The notes under the pieces are model-generated. The model had not been told where the DNA came from. It did not search any database and was given only the letters and a program-made list of their open reading frames with translations. A DNA stretch of 64,000 nt from the NCBI GenBank assembly GCA_964571655.1, contig CAZNCX010000001.1, positions 1,144 to 65,143 of the forward strand. Reading direction: 5' to 3'. The DNA comes from an uncultured Elusimicrobium sp. (GTDB lineage: Bacteria; Elusimicrobiota; Elusimicrobia; Elusimicrobiales; Elusimicrobiaceae). The position numbers and the translations under genes are program-made. Shown piece after piece: positions 54,375 to 63,655 of this stretch (positions are counted from its first letter, which is position 1; each line of letters opens with the position of its first letter).

Positions 54375-55211
54375 TTATTTAACCCTTGCCAAAGAAGTAT
54401 CGTCGTTGTCAGGGTGAAGTTCGTTCTTAATTTTCTCGTAGATTACAGGCGAAGGGCCTTCCTTTACAAACTTAAAGTCTTTGTAAAGGTTCTCAACATT
54501 AGGCACCAAGAAGAAGTAAGTAGGTTTGCAGCCTTTCGCTTGCGCTGATAATATCGGGATGACAGAGACTTTCTTCCCGAGAGTATTAGGAACGTCTTTA
54601 GCATAAGGATAATCTCTCTGAAGAGTGAAATAGCTAGGCGAGTATTTTACGGTAATAAGTTTAGCGTTATCGGAGTTAGCGTACTCGTTCTCAGTGAGCT
54701 CGTTAATTTCCTGCTTTTTCACTTGTTTCTGAAGAGAGGCCGACTCAAGCTTTATTTTATAATCAAAAGCAAAGAGGGAAGGAGTACCGTCTATTGTAAT
54801 AAGAACCGCGTTGTCTAGCCCCATTGTGAAATATCCCTGCACGTTAGGTTGAGGAGCAAGAGTATATCCCGCGGGAATACGGATAACGGCCTGAACATAC
54901 CCGTCGGTAGTTTTACTTTCCGGAGTAGGCTCGGTTGCTTCAAAGCCCATTTCATTTACAAACTCGGGATCTTCGTAGGAAGCGGGGTGTATAAACTCCG
55001 AAGTAGTGTATGTTTTATTAACTGCGGTCTGGGCTAAACTAACCTGTCCTTTTTTGATAATATTTTGGAACACATTTTCAAAAGGAAGGAAAGCCTGTTC
55101 CTGTTTGTTTTTCAAATTTTCAGAAACTTCTATGTAACTTTTTTCTATACTTTGAGCTTGCAAAGAGATTGCCACTGCACAAAACAGCACGAATGTAAAT
55201 AACTTTTTCAT
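54375..55211 (-). CDS. secreted hypothetical protein, paralogue B
   Basis: 278-aa ORF with the signal peptide MKKLFTFVLFCAVAISLQAQ and a GAGGAGGA SD. See paralogue A. Confidence 0.7.
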   Translation of the reverse strand: MKKLFTFVLFCAVAISLQAQSIEKSYIEVSENLKNKQEQAFLPFENVFQNIIKKGQVSLAQTAVNKTYTTSEFIHPASYEDPEFVNEMGFEATEPTPESKTTDGYVQAVIRIPAGYTLAPQPNVQGYFTMGLDNAVLITIDGTPSLFAFDYKIKLESASLQKQVKKQEINELTENEYANSDNAKLITVKYSPSYFTLQRDYPYAKDVPNTLGKKVSVIPILSAQAKGCKPTYFFLVPNVENLYKDFKFVKEGPSPVIYEKIKNELHPDNDDTSLARVK

Positions 55212-55463
55212 AGGTAAATCCTCCTCTTATGTCAATATGTTATAATATTAGTCAAGTTGTAACAACGGTCCAAAGGCCTTTTTTTTACAGAAAAAGGCCC
55301 TATACAAAAATAGGGCTAAAGGCCTATATCCGCAAGGATAAAAGATTTTTATATATAGCTATACTATGCGGAAAAGATTGAAATAAAGGAAGACGTGCAA
55401 AAAGATATTAAGAAGTTACAATTTAAGAAACAGCCGGATTATTTGTTGGACGCATAGAAAGAA

Positions 55464-55492
55464 CAACCCCCCTAAATTTTTAGGGGGTTTGT
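55464..55492. terminator. hairpin terminator after the Pal-like gene (usable on both strands)
   Basis: AACCCCCCTAA-ATTT-TTAGGGGGTT, with T-rich sequence after it on both strands. Confidence 0.6.
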
Positions 55493-55554
55493 TTTAATCA
55501 GTAAACTTTTGCTTTGCTTACGCGCGCTAAGTTTTGCAAGGACGTTATAAGGTT

Positions 55555-56058
55555 TTATAAAGAGCCTTCTTCAACCTCTTGCGTCATAACATAAATATCC
55601 ACCCTTCTGTTTGCGGCTTTTCCTTCTTCGGTATTGTTGGAGGCTAAGGGTTTTTGCTCGCCGTAGCTTACGGTTTCAATCTTATTTGTAACGCCTGCGT
55701 CGGTAAACTTTTTTGCTATAAGATCGGCCCGTTTTTGCCCCAAAACTTTATTATGCTCGTGGTCGCCGATATTATCGGTATGGCCCTCAATAATAAGTTT
55801 TGCTGTTGGATTCTCTTTAAGATATCCGCATATGCCGTTAAAAGCTTCCTCGTTAATCGTCGTTATGTTTGTTGTGTCAAACTCAAACATGGCCGCATCG
55901 GTAACGACTTTATGCTTAAACGGGGTTTTAACCGGCGCGGCGGGTTTTGGCTGCTGCGTCACGACAACGGGTTTCTCCTCGGCCTTAAGCGGCTGTTTTG
56001 TGCAGATAAAGCACCCCGTTAAACCTAAAGAAAGAAGAAGAACTGTTAATAATCTCAT
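55555..56058 (-). CDS. OmpA-family peptidoglycan-associated lipoprotein (Pal-like)
   Basis: 167-aa ORF with the lipobox LGLTGC and an OmpA_C domain (IEGHTDNIGDHEHNKVLGQKRA, NRRVDIYV). It lies 12 nt downstream of the autotransporter stop. Confidence 0.88.
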   Translation of the reverse strand: MRLLTVLLLSLGLTGCFICTKQPLKAEEKPVVVTQQPKPAAPVKTPFKHKVVTDAAMFEFDTTNITTINEEAFNGICGYLKENPTAKLIIEGHTDNIGDHEHNKVLGQKRADLIAKKFTDAGVTNKIETVSYGEQKPLASNNTEEGKAANRRVDIYVMTQEVEEGSL

Positions 56059-56070
56059 TTTTACTCTCCT

Positions 56071-59000
56071 TTACCAGTTATAAGCAAGGCCGATATTACC
56101 GTAGCAGTTAGCCGATTTGCTGCCCACACCTGCTTCGCCGTTGCCAAAGACGCTTAAGCTGTGCGTTAAAGCATAACTTACGCCCGCGCCGCCGCTGAAA
56201 TACGTTCCGCCCAATTTGGCGCTGATTATATCCATATTAGTGTTTGGCAGAGAGAGGGAAGCTTTAATCCTCTGATAGTCATTGCCGATAAATTGCTTTA
56301 CCGCCATATTTGCATACCAGTTAAGTTTGCGATATTTGCCTTCGGCCTGCGCGCCGAGCCTCGCCTGTACATTATAAGCGTTATTGCTGTCTACGTTCAG
56401 GTTGAGGGAATCAGCCCCGGTTTCATTGAAATGCTGTTGGTGGGAATAGGCATTCAAAATACCGACAAACGGTTTAATCTTGATACCGTCAAAGGCAAAA
56501 AGATTATAGGCCGCTTCCAAATCCAGGGCAATGTTATGGCCGTAGTAGGAAGCTTTTGCGTCTCTGTCCATAAACGTGATATGTCTGTTGCCGTCAAAAT
56601 CCTGATAGCCCAGATATAAGACGCCCTTAAAAGTCCAATCCTCGCCCAGATAACCGCCGTAAGCGCCTATGGTCAGGTCGTTGATGTCCATGGTATCGCT
56701 GTTTTGTCTGAGGTCCGTTTTGCTTCCGCCGGCAAACGCGCCTAGCAGGAAGTTATTATCCGCGGAATATCTGTCGTAGCCGGCCATTACGCCTGTTACG
56801 TTATTTGTAAATCGCGGGGAATTTGCGTCCGCGTAAACTTTATTGTACTGGCTGTAATATTGCGACCAAACATTATCAAAGCAGGAAGGGCAGTCCTTTG
56901 CGGGCGCAGCCTCGCGGGAAGCTATGCGGTCATATATATGCGCGCTCTTTGCGTTAAACAGAGAGGTTAAGGCCGTATTTGCATATAAAACGCCGTCCAT
57001 ATCGGCCAGGGCCGAGTTTATGGTGGACCCCGCCGCGGGGGTAACGCCGTCCGGAGTAAAGCCGGCCAAGGCTTCAAGCTGTACAAGAGGGTTTGTGATA
57101 TCACCCGTTAAGCTTGTTGCCGTCAGGTTATCTACAACCTGCGCCGCCTGCGTTTGGTTATGGGATTTGCCGCTTACGGTATTTACGTAATCGGTAGCGT
57201 TTCTCTTGGCAAGAAGCGTTATGACGCCGCTTGTATAATCGTAAGTAAGTTCCCCGCCTATTCTGGAACTGTCGTAGCCGCTTATTGAGCCGTCATAAGT
57301 ATAAGTTCCGCTTAAAGTGCCGGAAGACTCAAGAATGTCAAAAGTTTTCCATTCAAAAAATCTGTCCGTGCCTGTATTTTCAACGGCCAAATTTGCGCCG
57401 CTGTTAATGGTAACGTCTCCGCTGACTACGGTTTTGTCGGAAGCGTCGGCGGGCGTATTTATGAGTTCAACTTCAGTTACGCTGCCGGAGGCCAAATCCA
57501 AATCTCCGTCTATAGTAAGAGTGTCAACGCTGTTTCCGGCGGCAAGCGTGCCGATAACATTTACATCGCCCGTTATGAGGCCGTTACCTGCTAAAGTGGC
57601 CGAGCTTGCTATATTGGTAGTGCCGACGTTGAAATTAGAGGTATTGACCGCTATTGTGCCGGTGCTTACGTTAAAGATATTTGCGGTAACGTCGTTAGTT
57701 ATAGTTGTTAAGGAATCCCCGGATTTTACTACCGTACCCATGCCGGTGATTTCATTTAAGGTATTTGCTTGCGTGTCCTTAAATTCCGCCGTTGCCCCGA
57801 TTAAGATATCCACCGTCCCGTTTATGTTTGTGGTGTATCCGGACAGGGTGCCTTCCTGCACATAGGTGTCTTCGTAGTTATTTGAGGCCATAGCAAGCGT
57901 TAAAACGCCGTCGCCGCTCTTTACGAAATCATTTGTAGTATTTATGATTCCGGTTAAAGAGACGTCCCCGTCGTTTTCAATTTGCACGTCGTTGGTTGAG
58001 GTTGTGGTAAAATTATTTGTCAGCAGGGTGTCCATCTTAATCTGCAGCGTGCCTCCGTCAAATATAACTCCGCCCGCGCCTATATTTAAATTGCTTGCTA
58101 TGGAAAGGCTGCCTGTCAGATAAGTAATACCGGTGTAGGTATTATTGCCTTGGAAGGTCGTATCACCTTCAATAAATACATAGCCTTGTCCGCTTAAAGA
58201 AGCGGAGGCCGACTGCGTTCCGCCTGTATAAACAAGAGTAGAGTTGTTTACAATATTACCCGTTAAATTAGCGGCGTCTGTCTCCAAATAGCCGTTATTG
58301 GTGATTGTTTCTTGGGTAATACTGGAATTATTGGTAATAAAGCCTTGTAAGGTGAAGGTTAAATTACCGCTGCCTGTAATAACATCGCCGCTTGAGCCTA
58401 AAGAGCCCGAGCCGCTTAACTCAAGCTCTCCGTCGTTTGTCAGGGTGTTAAAGGCTAAGGTTGTAACTTCACTGAGCATAGTGCCGCTGTTTATGATATC
58501 GTCTGCGGAAAGCAGGGCTTTATTATCCAGCGTACCGAAGTTCCTTATGATTGACTGGGTGATGGCGGTGTTATTTGTAATATCTTCACCGTCAAAGTTA
58601 AGTACGCCTGTTGAACCGGTTACGGTGTTTCCGCTTTCGCCGAAGGCGCCCTCGCCCGTTAAAGTAATTTCTCCGCTGTTTACTATTGCGGTAGCGGCTA
58701 TATCATCTACGGAGGAATTAAAAACGCCGCTGTTGGTAAAAGTAGAAACGGTTATATAAGCGTTATTTTCAATAGTGCCGTAGTTGTAAATACTTAAAGC
58801 TGATACAAGGGCATTGTTTGTAAGATGCCCCATGTTTCTTAAGTTTGCCTGGGTTATAACGGTGTTATTGGTGACGTATGCGTCGGAGTCGTCAAAGAAC
58901 AAAGAGCCGTAGCCTGACATCGTATTGCCGTTTGCTCCAAACGCGCCGGAACCGTAAAGCGTTATCATCCCGCTGTTGCTTATAGTTGGAACGAAGAATG

Positions 59001-61284
59001 TGTCTACATAGGAGATTAATGTTCCGGCATTAGATAAGGCTGAGGATATTATTAAACCGTTGTTTTCCAAAGTCCCGATGTTTTCAAGATATACTGCTTC
59101 CATAACGTCGTTATTTTCCAATCGGTTATAGTTTATGACGTTAGCTTGGTTTATGTTAGTATTATTTAGGATGTTTGTAGCGCCGCTGTTGAAAAACAGG
59201 GAGCCATTGCCGTTTAGCGTATTGCCGTACGCGCCAAAATTTCCTGTTCCAGAAAGGATTAAGGAACCGTTATTTATAATAGAAGCGGAGTCTAAATTTT
59301 CAGCGTCAATATTTATTTCTCCGTTGTTTTCTATCTGGTAAGCGTTTATGGCATCAGTGCTGTTTATTGCCCCGTCGTTTTTAATTACTGCCGCATTGAT
59401 AGTGCTGTTATTATTAAGTACGCCGGAATTATTTAGAACAGCGGCGGCAAAAAGAGCGGCATTATTTTCCAAAATGCCGATATTATTAATATTAGACTGG
59501 GATATAACCGTATTGTTGGTAATATCAACGCCTACGCCATTAAAATTAATGGTTCCTGCTCCTGTAATGGTATCCCCGCTTGAGCCGAATGTTCCCGCGC
59601 CGGTTAAGTTAAGGGTCCCGTTGTTTGTAAACAAAATGATGGAAAGATTCGTCGTAGCAGAATTTATAACTCCGCTGTTTGACGCTGATGCGGCCGTTAA
59701 GGAAGACTTGTTATTAAACGTGCCGCTGTTTGAGAAAGTATTAGCGGTTAATGACGCATTGTTTTCCAAAGTGCCCAGGTTGCTTATTAAATTTTGAGAC
59801 ATAGATGCGTTATTTACAGAGTCTTCGGAAAAATAAGTCGTCCCCGAGCCAGTAACGGTATTTCCGTTTGCCCCACCGGTGAAGCGCAGCGTGCCGCTGT
59901 TTGCAATGCCTCCGCCTGCGGTAATGGTTTCCGCCTTTGAAGTAAGCGTGCCGCTGTTTGTTAAAGCGCCGGTAAGTTCCACAAGGCCGTTATTTACAAA
60001 CGCGCCGCTGTTTGAGAGGGAGGCCTGTTCAATTTCTCCGCTATTGGAAGAGCTTCCGGATAAAGTCAGAGTTCCCGTGCTTGTTATTACTCCCGTGTTT
60101 TGCAGGCTGCCCAATATGGCGGAGTTGTTTATAAGCAGGTCCGTGTTTGAAATTTTTGCCGCCGTAATCGCCGCGTTATTTGTAAGAGTACCGCTGTTGG
60201 TAACAGTATTTTGCGTTATTGTAGCGTTATTTGTGCTATTCCCGCTGAAGTTTACTTTGCCTACGGAAGTATCCGTTGCAAAATTCGCAATAACATTTCT
60301 GTTTGTGCCGCCTTCAAAATTTACTACACCATCGTTTATTATCGTGCCGGAAAGCAGGCTTGCATTTGTGTTAATAGTTCCGCTGTTTAGGAAACGCGTA
60401 GAGGCTGTTATCAAAGCGGTATTATTAAGTATAGAACTTGTGGTGTTGCTAAATTCCACGACAGAGATTTGAGAGTTATTATCCAAAAACCCTCTGTTTG
60501 AAACCTGGTTTTGCACTATCTGTGCATTATTTTCGGAGTCATTATAGAATGTAACTACGCCCTCGGAAGTGTTTCCGTAGAGGTTGAAGATTGTGTTTCC
60601 GTTTGCGCCGCCTGTAAGTTCAAGCCAGCTGTTATTTGTGATACTTCCGATAAGGCCGTCAGCCGCGCTTATTAAATAATCGTTTGTATAAATTACGTCG
60701 GAGGTAATAGTGCCGTTATTTACAGTGTTGCCATAGTTGTAAAAATAGGAGGACGTAAAAGTTCCGTTATTTGTGAACCTCTCTCCGGGATTGTTAGTAA
60801 AAGAGGTAAGCTGCATTGTCCCGTTATTTGTCAGGGCGCCGTAGTTGTTTATATGATATTGCGCAATAGTGTCATAAGTAGTCAAAGAGGAGTCATTATA
60901 AAGAACACCTGCACCGGAAACTCCGCCGCTAAGAGAAGATAAATCTGTTATATAAAGAATCCCCGCGTTTTCTATCGCGCCGGAAACGCTTGCGCCCGTT
61001 GATAAATATAAATTGTTCCCGCTTGCGATATTAAATAAAGCGCCGCTTGCCGCGCCTATATTATAATTGCCGTCTATAGTGAGAGATACCGAGCCTGATA
61101 TAGGTATCGTGGAATCCAAGGCGGCTTTAGTTATAACAGCGGTCAAAGTAGAATTTACTTTTGACGTGTACAAATTATTGTATAAATCCGTCCAGTTAGC
61201 GGCCGCCGTCGCGGCAAATAAAGGGACGGTGTTCTGCAGCGTTAAAAGAAGCGCAGAAATTACTACCGAGAATATTTTTTTCAT
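56071..61284 (-). CDS. giant autotransporter (type Va) outer-membrane protein with repeat-rich N/T/S/G passenger
   Basis: 1737-aa ORF with the signal peptide MKKIFSVVISALLLTLQNTVPLFA. The passenger has autotransporter-associated beta-strand repeats (GNNTYTGITYLTGSL; SGDGVLTLAMASNNYEDTYVQEGTLSG). The last ~270 aa (about 56074-56883) form an amphipathic beta-barrel domain ending GNIGLAYNW. Confidence 0.88.
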   Translation of the reverse strand: MKKIFSVVISALLLTLQNTVPLFAATAAANWTDLYNNLYTSKVNSTLTAVITKAALDSTIPISGSVSLTIDGNYNIGAASGALFNIASGNNLYLSTGASVSGAIENAGILYITDLSSLSGGVSGAGVLYNDSSLTTYDTIAQYHINNYGALTNNGTMQLTSFTNNPGERFTNNGTFTSSYFYNYGNTVNNGTITSDVIYTNDYLISAADGLIGSITNNSWLELTGGANGNTIFNLYGNTSEGVVTFYNDSENNAQIVQNQVSNRGFLDNNSQISVVEFSNTTSSILNNTALITASTRFLNSGTINTNASLLSGTIINDGVVNFEGGTNRNVIANFATDTSVGKVNFSGNSTNNATITQNTVTNSGTLTNNAAITAAKISNTDLLINNSAILGSLQNTGVITSTGTLTLSGSSSNSGEIEQASLSNSGAFVNNGLVELTGALTNSGTLTSKAETITAGGGIANSGTLRFTGGANGNTVTGSGTTYFSEDSVNNASMSQNLISNLGTLENNASLTANTFSNSGTFNNKSSLTAASASNSGVINSATTNLSIILFTNNGTLNLTGAGTFGSSGDTITGAGTINFNGVGVDITNNTVISQSNINNIGILENNAALFAAAVLNNSGVLNNNSTINAAVIKNDGAINSTDAINAYQIENNGEINIDAENLDSASIINNGSLILSGTGNFGAYGNTLNGNGSLFFNSGATNILNNTNINQANVINYNRLENNDVMEAVYLENIGTLENNGLIISSALSNAGTLISYVDTFFVPTISNSGMITLYGSGAFGANGNTMSGYGSLFFDDSDAYVTNNTVITQANLRNMGHLTNNALVSALSIYNYGTIENNAYITVSTFTNSGVFNSSVDDIAATAIVNSGEITLTGEGAFGESGNTVTGSTGVLNFDGEDITNNTAITQSIIRNFGTLDNKALLSADDIINSGTMLSEVTTLAFNTLTNDGELELSGSGSLGSSGDVITGSGNLTFTLQGFITNNSSITQETITNNGYLETDAANLTGNIVNNSTLVYTGGTQSASASLSGQGYVFIEGDTTFQGNNTYTGITYLTGSLSIASNLNIGAGGVIFDGGTLQIKMDTLLTNNFTTTSTNDVQIENDGDVSLTGIINTTNDFVKSGDGVLTLAMASNNYEDTYVQEGTLSGYTTNINGTVDILIGATAEFKDTQANTLNEITGMGTVVKSGDSLTTITNDVTANIFNVSTGTIAVNTSNFNVGTTNIASSATLAGNGLITGDVNVIGTLAAGNSVDTLTIDGDLDLASGSVTEVELINTPADASDKTVVSGDVTINSGANLAVENTGTDRFFEWKTFDILESSGTLSGTYTYDGSISGYDSSRIGGELTYDYTSGVITLLAKRNATDYVNTVSGKSHNQTQAAQVVDNLTATSLTGDITNPLVQLEALAGFTPDGVTPAAGSTINSALADMDGVLYANTALTSLFNAKSAHIYDRIASREAAPAKDCPSCFDNVWSQYYSQYNKVYADANSPRFTNNVTGVMAGYDRYSADNNFLLGAFAGGSKTDLRQNSDTMDINDLTIGAYGGYLGEDWTFKGVLYLGYQDFDGNRHITFMDRDAKASYYGHNIALDLEAAYNLFAFDGIKIKPFVGILNAYSHQQHFNETGADSLNLNVDSNNAYNVQARLGAQAEGKYRKLNWYANMAVKQFIGNDYQRIKASLSLPNTNMDIISAKLGGTYFSGGAGVSYALTHSLSVFGNGEAGVGSKSANCYGNIGLAYNW
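58220..60625 (-). repeat. degenerate protein-level super-repeats inside the autotransporter passenger
   Basis: The anchor motif [LI]xL/F-[TS]G-xG-x(2)G-x(2)GNT-x-xG-xG-x(3)F...TNN-x-I-xQ-x-[IV]-xN-xG-xL-xNN recurs with anchors at about aa 221, 321, 466, 557, 675, 774, 872 and 954 (my count). The two DNA copies I compared are only loosely similar. Confidence 0.6.
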
Positions 61285-61461
61285 TTAGTATCCTTTTTTA
61301 TTTTCTTAAAATTAACAGCTTCAGACTGTTTTTACAAACAGTCTTTTAAAAATCATTTTTTGACTTCCCCTAAACTGCGGACGCAGTGCATGTAAGTTAA
61401 TATATTCTGACATATTTCATACTTAAAAGCAATTGGTTTTAGTGTGCTCACAAGCGGGTTT

Positions 61462-62331
61462 TCAGCGCAGTTTTTTATACCAGACGTTCATACTTTCTAT
61501 CCCGCCTGAGATATTGGTGTTATTTTTAAGCCTTCCGCAAAAAATATAGCCCGCTTTTGCAAAGATAATGTTTGCTCCCGCGCTGGCCGCCCTTGCTATG
61601 GTAAAGGCAGTTTTCATTTTTTGTTTTCTCATCTGCGTTTCCATATACCTGAGCAGACGGGCGGCAAGCCCGCGGCGCAGATAAGATGACAGGGTTGCAA
61701 AATCGGTCATTTCCACGGCTTTGTTTGCAATATCTTTTTCGCAGGAGGCCGCCGCGGTGTAAACTTCATCAACGGGATTGCCGCCCGTAGTTTTAACGCA
61801 AAAATAATCTATATGCGTGCGCATAGTTTTCTGTAGATATTTCGGATTAAAAATGGGGAAGGGATATGTATCAAAAACTTTTCTGTATAAGGCCGCCAGT
61901 TCTTTTGCGTCTTTATTTTGACAATGGGCAAGACAAAAAATTTTCTCCAAAGGTTTAAGTTTGCCTCGGCGTTTAGCTTTGGCGAGGGCTAAAATTTTAT
62001 CGTAAGTTTTTGCTTTTGTTTCGCGCGCTCTCTTTTTGTCAAGATAACAGGCTAAAAAAATACAGTCCTGCCCGTTTTTATAATAGGAAGGTATTTTAGC
62101 TTCCTGCGAAAAACCGTTTTTTAAGAAAACGGCAGAAAATTTTGACGGCACTTTTGCAAAAATCTTGGTGTAATTGCCTTTTACCGCCAGAGCAAGTAAT
62201 TTTTTTACAAAATCTTCTGCCGAGCTTTGCCCTTTGCAGCGCGGGAATTTCATCAAATAAATTCTGTTGCTGCAGGGGCCCAGTTCCATCAGTCCGCCCT
62301 CAGGCAGGGTTTTTAAGATGCTTTTCTTCAA
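61462..62331 (-). CDS. ablB: GNAT-family putative beta-lysine N6-acetyltransferase (AblB-like)
   Basis: 289-aa ORF with a TTG start overlapping kamA by 32 nt; the alternative ATG at 62289 has a GAGG SD. It has an N-terminal ..[14 protein letters not shown] motif and a C-terminal GNAT fold (RRGLAARLL). It lies directly downstream of a lysine 2,3-aminomutase. Confidence 0.7.
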   Translation of the reverse strand: MKKSILKTLPEGGLMELGPCSNRIYLMKFPRCKGQSSAEDFVKKLLALAVKGNYTKIFAKVPSKFSAVFLKNGFSQEAKIPSYYKNGQDCIFLACYLDKKRARETKAKTYDKILALAKAKRRGKLKPLEKIFCLAHCQNKDAKELAALYRKVFDTYPFPIFNPKYLQKTMRTHIDYFCVKTTGGNPVDEVYTAAASCEKDIANKAVEMTDFATLSSYLRRGLAARLLRYMETQMRKQKMKTAFTIARAASAGANIIFAKAGYIFCGRLKNNTNISGGIESMNVWYKKLR

Positions 62332-63655
62332 TTTTTTTCCTCTTTTTATAGCGCGCGTTTCCCTTGGGGATAAGCGCTATGGTGTCATTATAATCGGCAA
62401 GCAGCTTTGCTATGCCTATAGATTTATCTTCATTACCTTCGGCAAGGTTCAGCTGGAGATCGCATTTATCACAGTTCCTGTCGCAAAAAGCAGGTTCGTA
62501 GGAATCGGGCTCTTTATAGCTTGTTATAACGCCCTCGTAATTTCTTAAGACCACTTTATTGGTGGAATAAGATATTAAATAATTAGGCATTATCGGTATC
62601 TTGCCGCCGCCCCCGGGGGCGTCTATAACGTAAGTCGGCACGCAAAGGCCGCTGGTATGGCCTATAAGGTTTTCCAAAATCTCAATACCTTTACCAACAG
62701 GCGTCCTGAAGTGCGAAAGGCCCTCAGACAAGTCGCATTGATACATATAATACGGCCGCACTTTATTTGCCACAAGCTTTTGCACTAAAGTCTTCATTAT
62801 TTTAGGGCAGTCGTTTACGCCGGCAAGCAAAACAGATTGATTCCCCAGCGGGAGAGCCGCGTCGGACAGCTTTTTCAAAGCCGCTTTGGAGGAATTTGTA
62901 ATTTCCTTCGGGTGATTAAAATGGGTATTTATCCAAAGCGGCTTTTTATGTTTTTTGAGTACCCTTATTAAGCCGTCGGTTATCCTGCAAGGCAGAACGA
63001 CGGGGGTGCGGGTGCCTATGCGGATTATTTCCACATGGGGGATTTTATTTAATTCCTGCAGGATAAAGTCCACCTGCGCGTCTGATAGTAAAAAAGGGTC
63101 CCCTCCCGATAAAAGCACGTCTCTTACCTGCGGAGTATTCTTTACGTATTCTATTTGTTTTAGGATATTTTCTTTGTTAGGGATACAGTCTTTATCGCCA
63201 ACTTTTCTTTTTCTTGTGCAGTGGCGGCAGTACATAGCGCAGGTATTGCTTACTACCATAAGCACCCTGTCGGGATATCTGTGCGTAAGGCCCTCCACGG
63301 GGGAATCTTTATCTTCAGAGAGAGGATCTGTTATATCGGCATTATCTATAATAAGTTCTTTAACGGACGGTACGGATTGTAAAAATACGGGGTCATTTTC
63401 AAAATTAGCCGTATCTATCAGCGAAAAATAATAAGGCGTTATCGCCATGGGGAATTTATTTATGGTTTCCTGCAGTTCTTTTTCTTTTTGTTCGGAGAAT
63501 TTTATATTTAGCAGTTTCTCAATGGTTTTTATATCTTTTATGCGGTTTTTTACCTGCCATTTCCAGTTATACCACAGATTTTCGGGCTTGTTTTTATCAA
63601 TTTTTTCCTTTATTTTACTTTGCTTGACGGATAGTTTGTTTAGAACATTTCTCAT
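62300..63655 (-). CDS. ablA: lysine 2,3-aminomutase (radical SAM, KamA/AblA)
   Basis: The track start GTG is at 63658; the ATG at 63655 lies 7 nt after an AAGGAGG SD. It has the radical-SAM [12 protein letters not shown] motif, GGDPF, and the KamA-family layout. Confidence 0.9.
   Translation of the reverse strand: MRNVLNKLSVKQSKIKEKIDKNKPENLWYNWKWQVKNRIKDIKTIEKLLNIKFSEQKEKELQETINKFPMAITPYYFSLIDTANFENDPVFLQSVPSVKELIIDNADITDPLSEDKDSPVEGLTHRYPDRVLMVVSNTCAMYCRHCTRKRKVGDKDCIPNKENILKQIEYVKNTPQVRDVLLSGGDPFLLSDAQVDFILQELNKIPHVEIIRIGTRTPVVLPCRITDGLIRVLKKHKKPLWINTHFNHPKEITNSSKAALKKLSDAALPLGNQSVLLAGVNDCPKIMKTLVQKLVANKVRPYYMYQCDLSEGLSHFRTPVGKGIEILENLIGHTSGLCVPTYVIDAPGGGGKIPIMPNYLISYSTNKVVLRNYEGVITSYKEPDSYEPAFCDRNCDKCDLQLNLAEGNEDKSIGIAKLLADYNDTIALIPKGNARYKKRKKIEEKHLKNPA

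Noticed and set aside
55395-55457. 20-codon GTG-initiated sORF (MQKDIKKLQFKKQPDYLLDA) followed by a terminator
   Set aside because: The SD-like AAGGAAG is too close to the GTG, no promoter is evident, and the peptide has no recognisable features. I kept it only as part of the intergenic-region note.
57317-60472. Several long plus-strand ORFs (57317..57865, 58298..58759, 59348..59797, 59879..60472) antisense to the autotransporter
   Set aside because: They are shadow ORFs produced by the repetitive, stop-poor codon composition of the passenger repeats. Their products are low-complexity (V/P/L/F-rich), they have no SD or promoter, and the opposite frame encodes a coherent 1737-aa protein with signal peptide and beta-domain.
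61270-61284. Poly-A tract at the autotransporter start (ATGAAAAAAATA) as a slipped-strand phase-variation switch
   Set aside because: The run is only 7 nt. The same MKK start codon context occurs in many ordinary exported-protein genes in this window.
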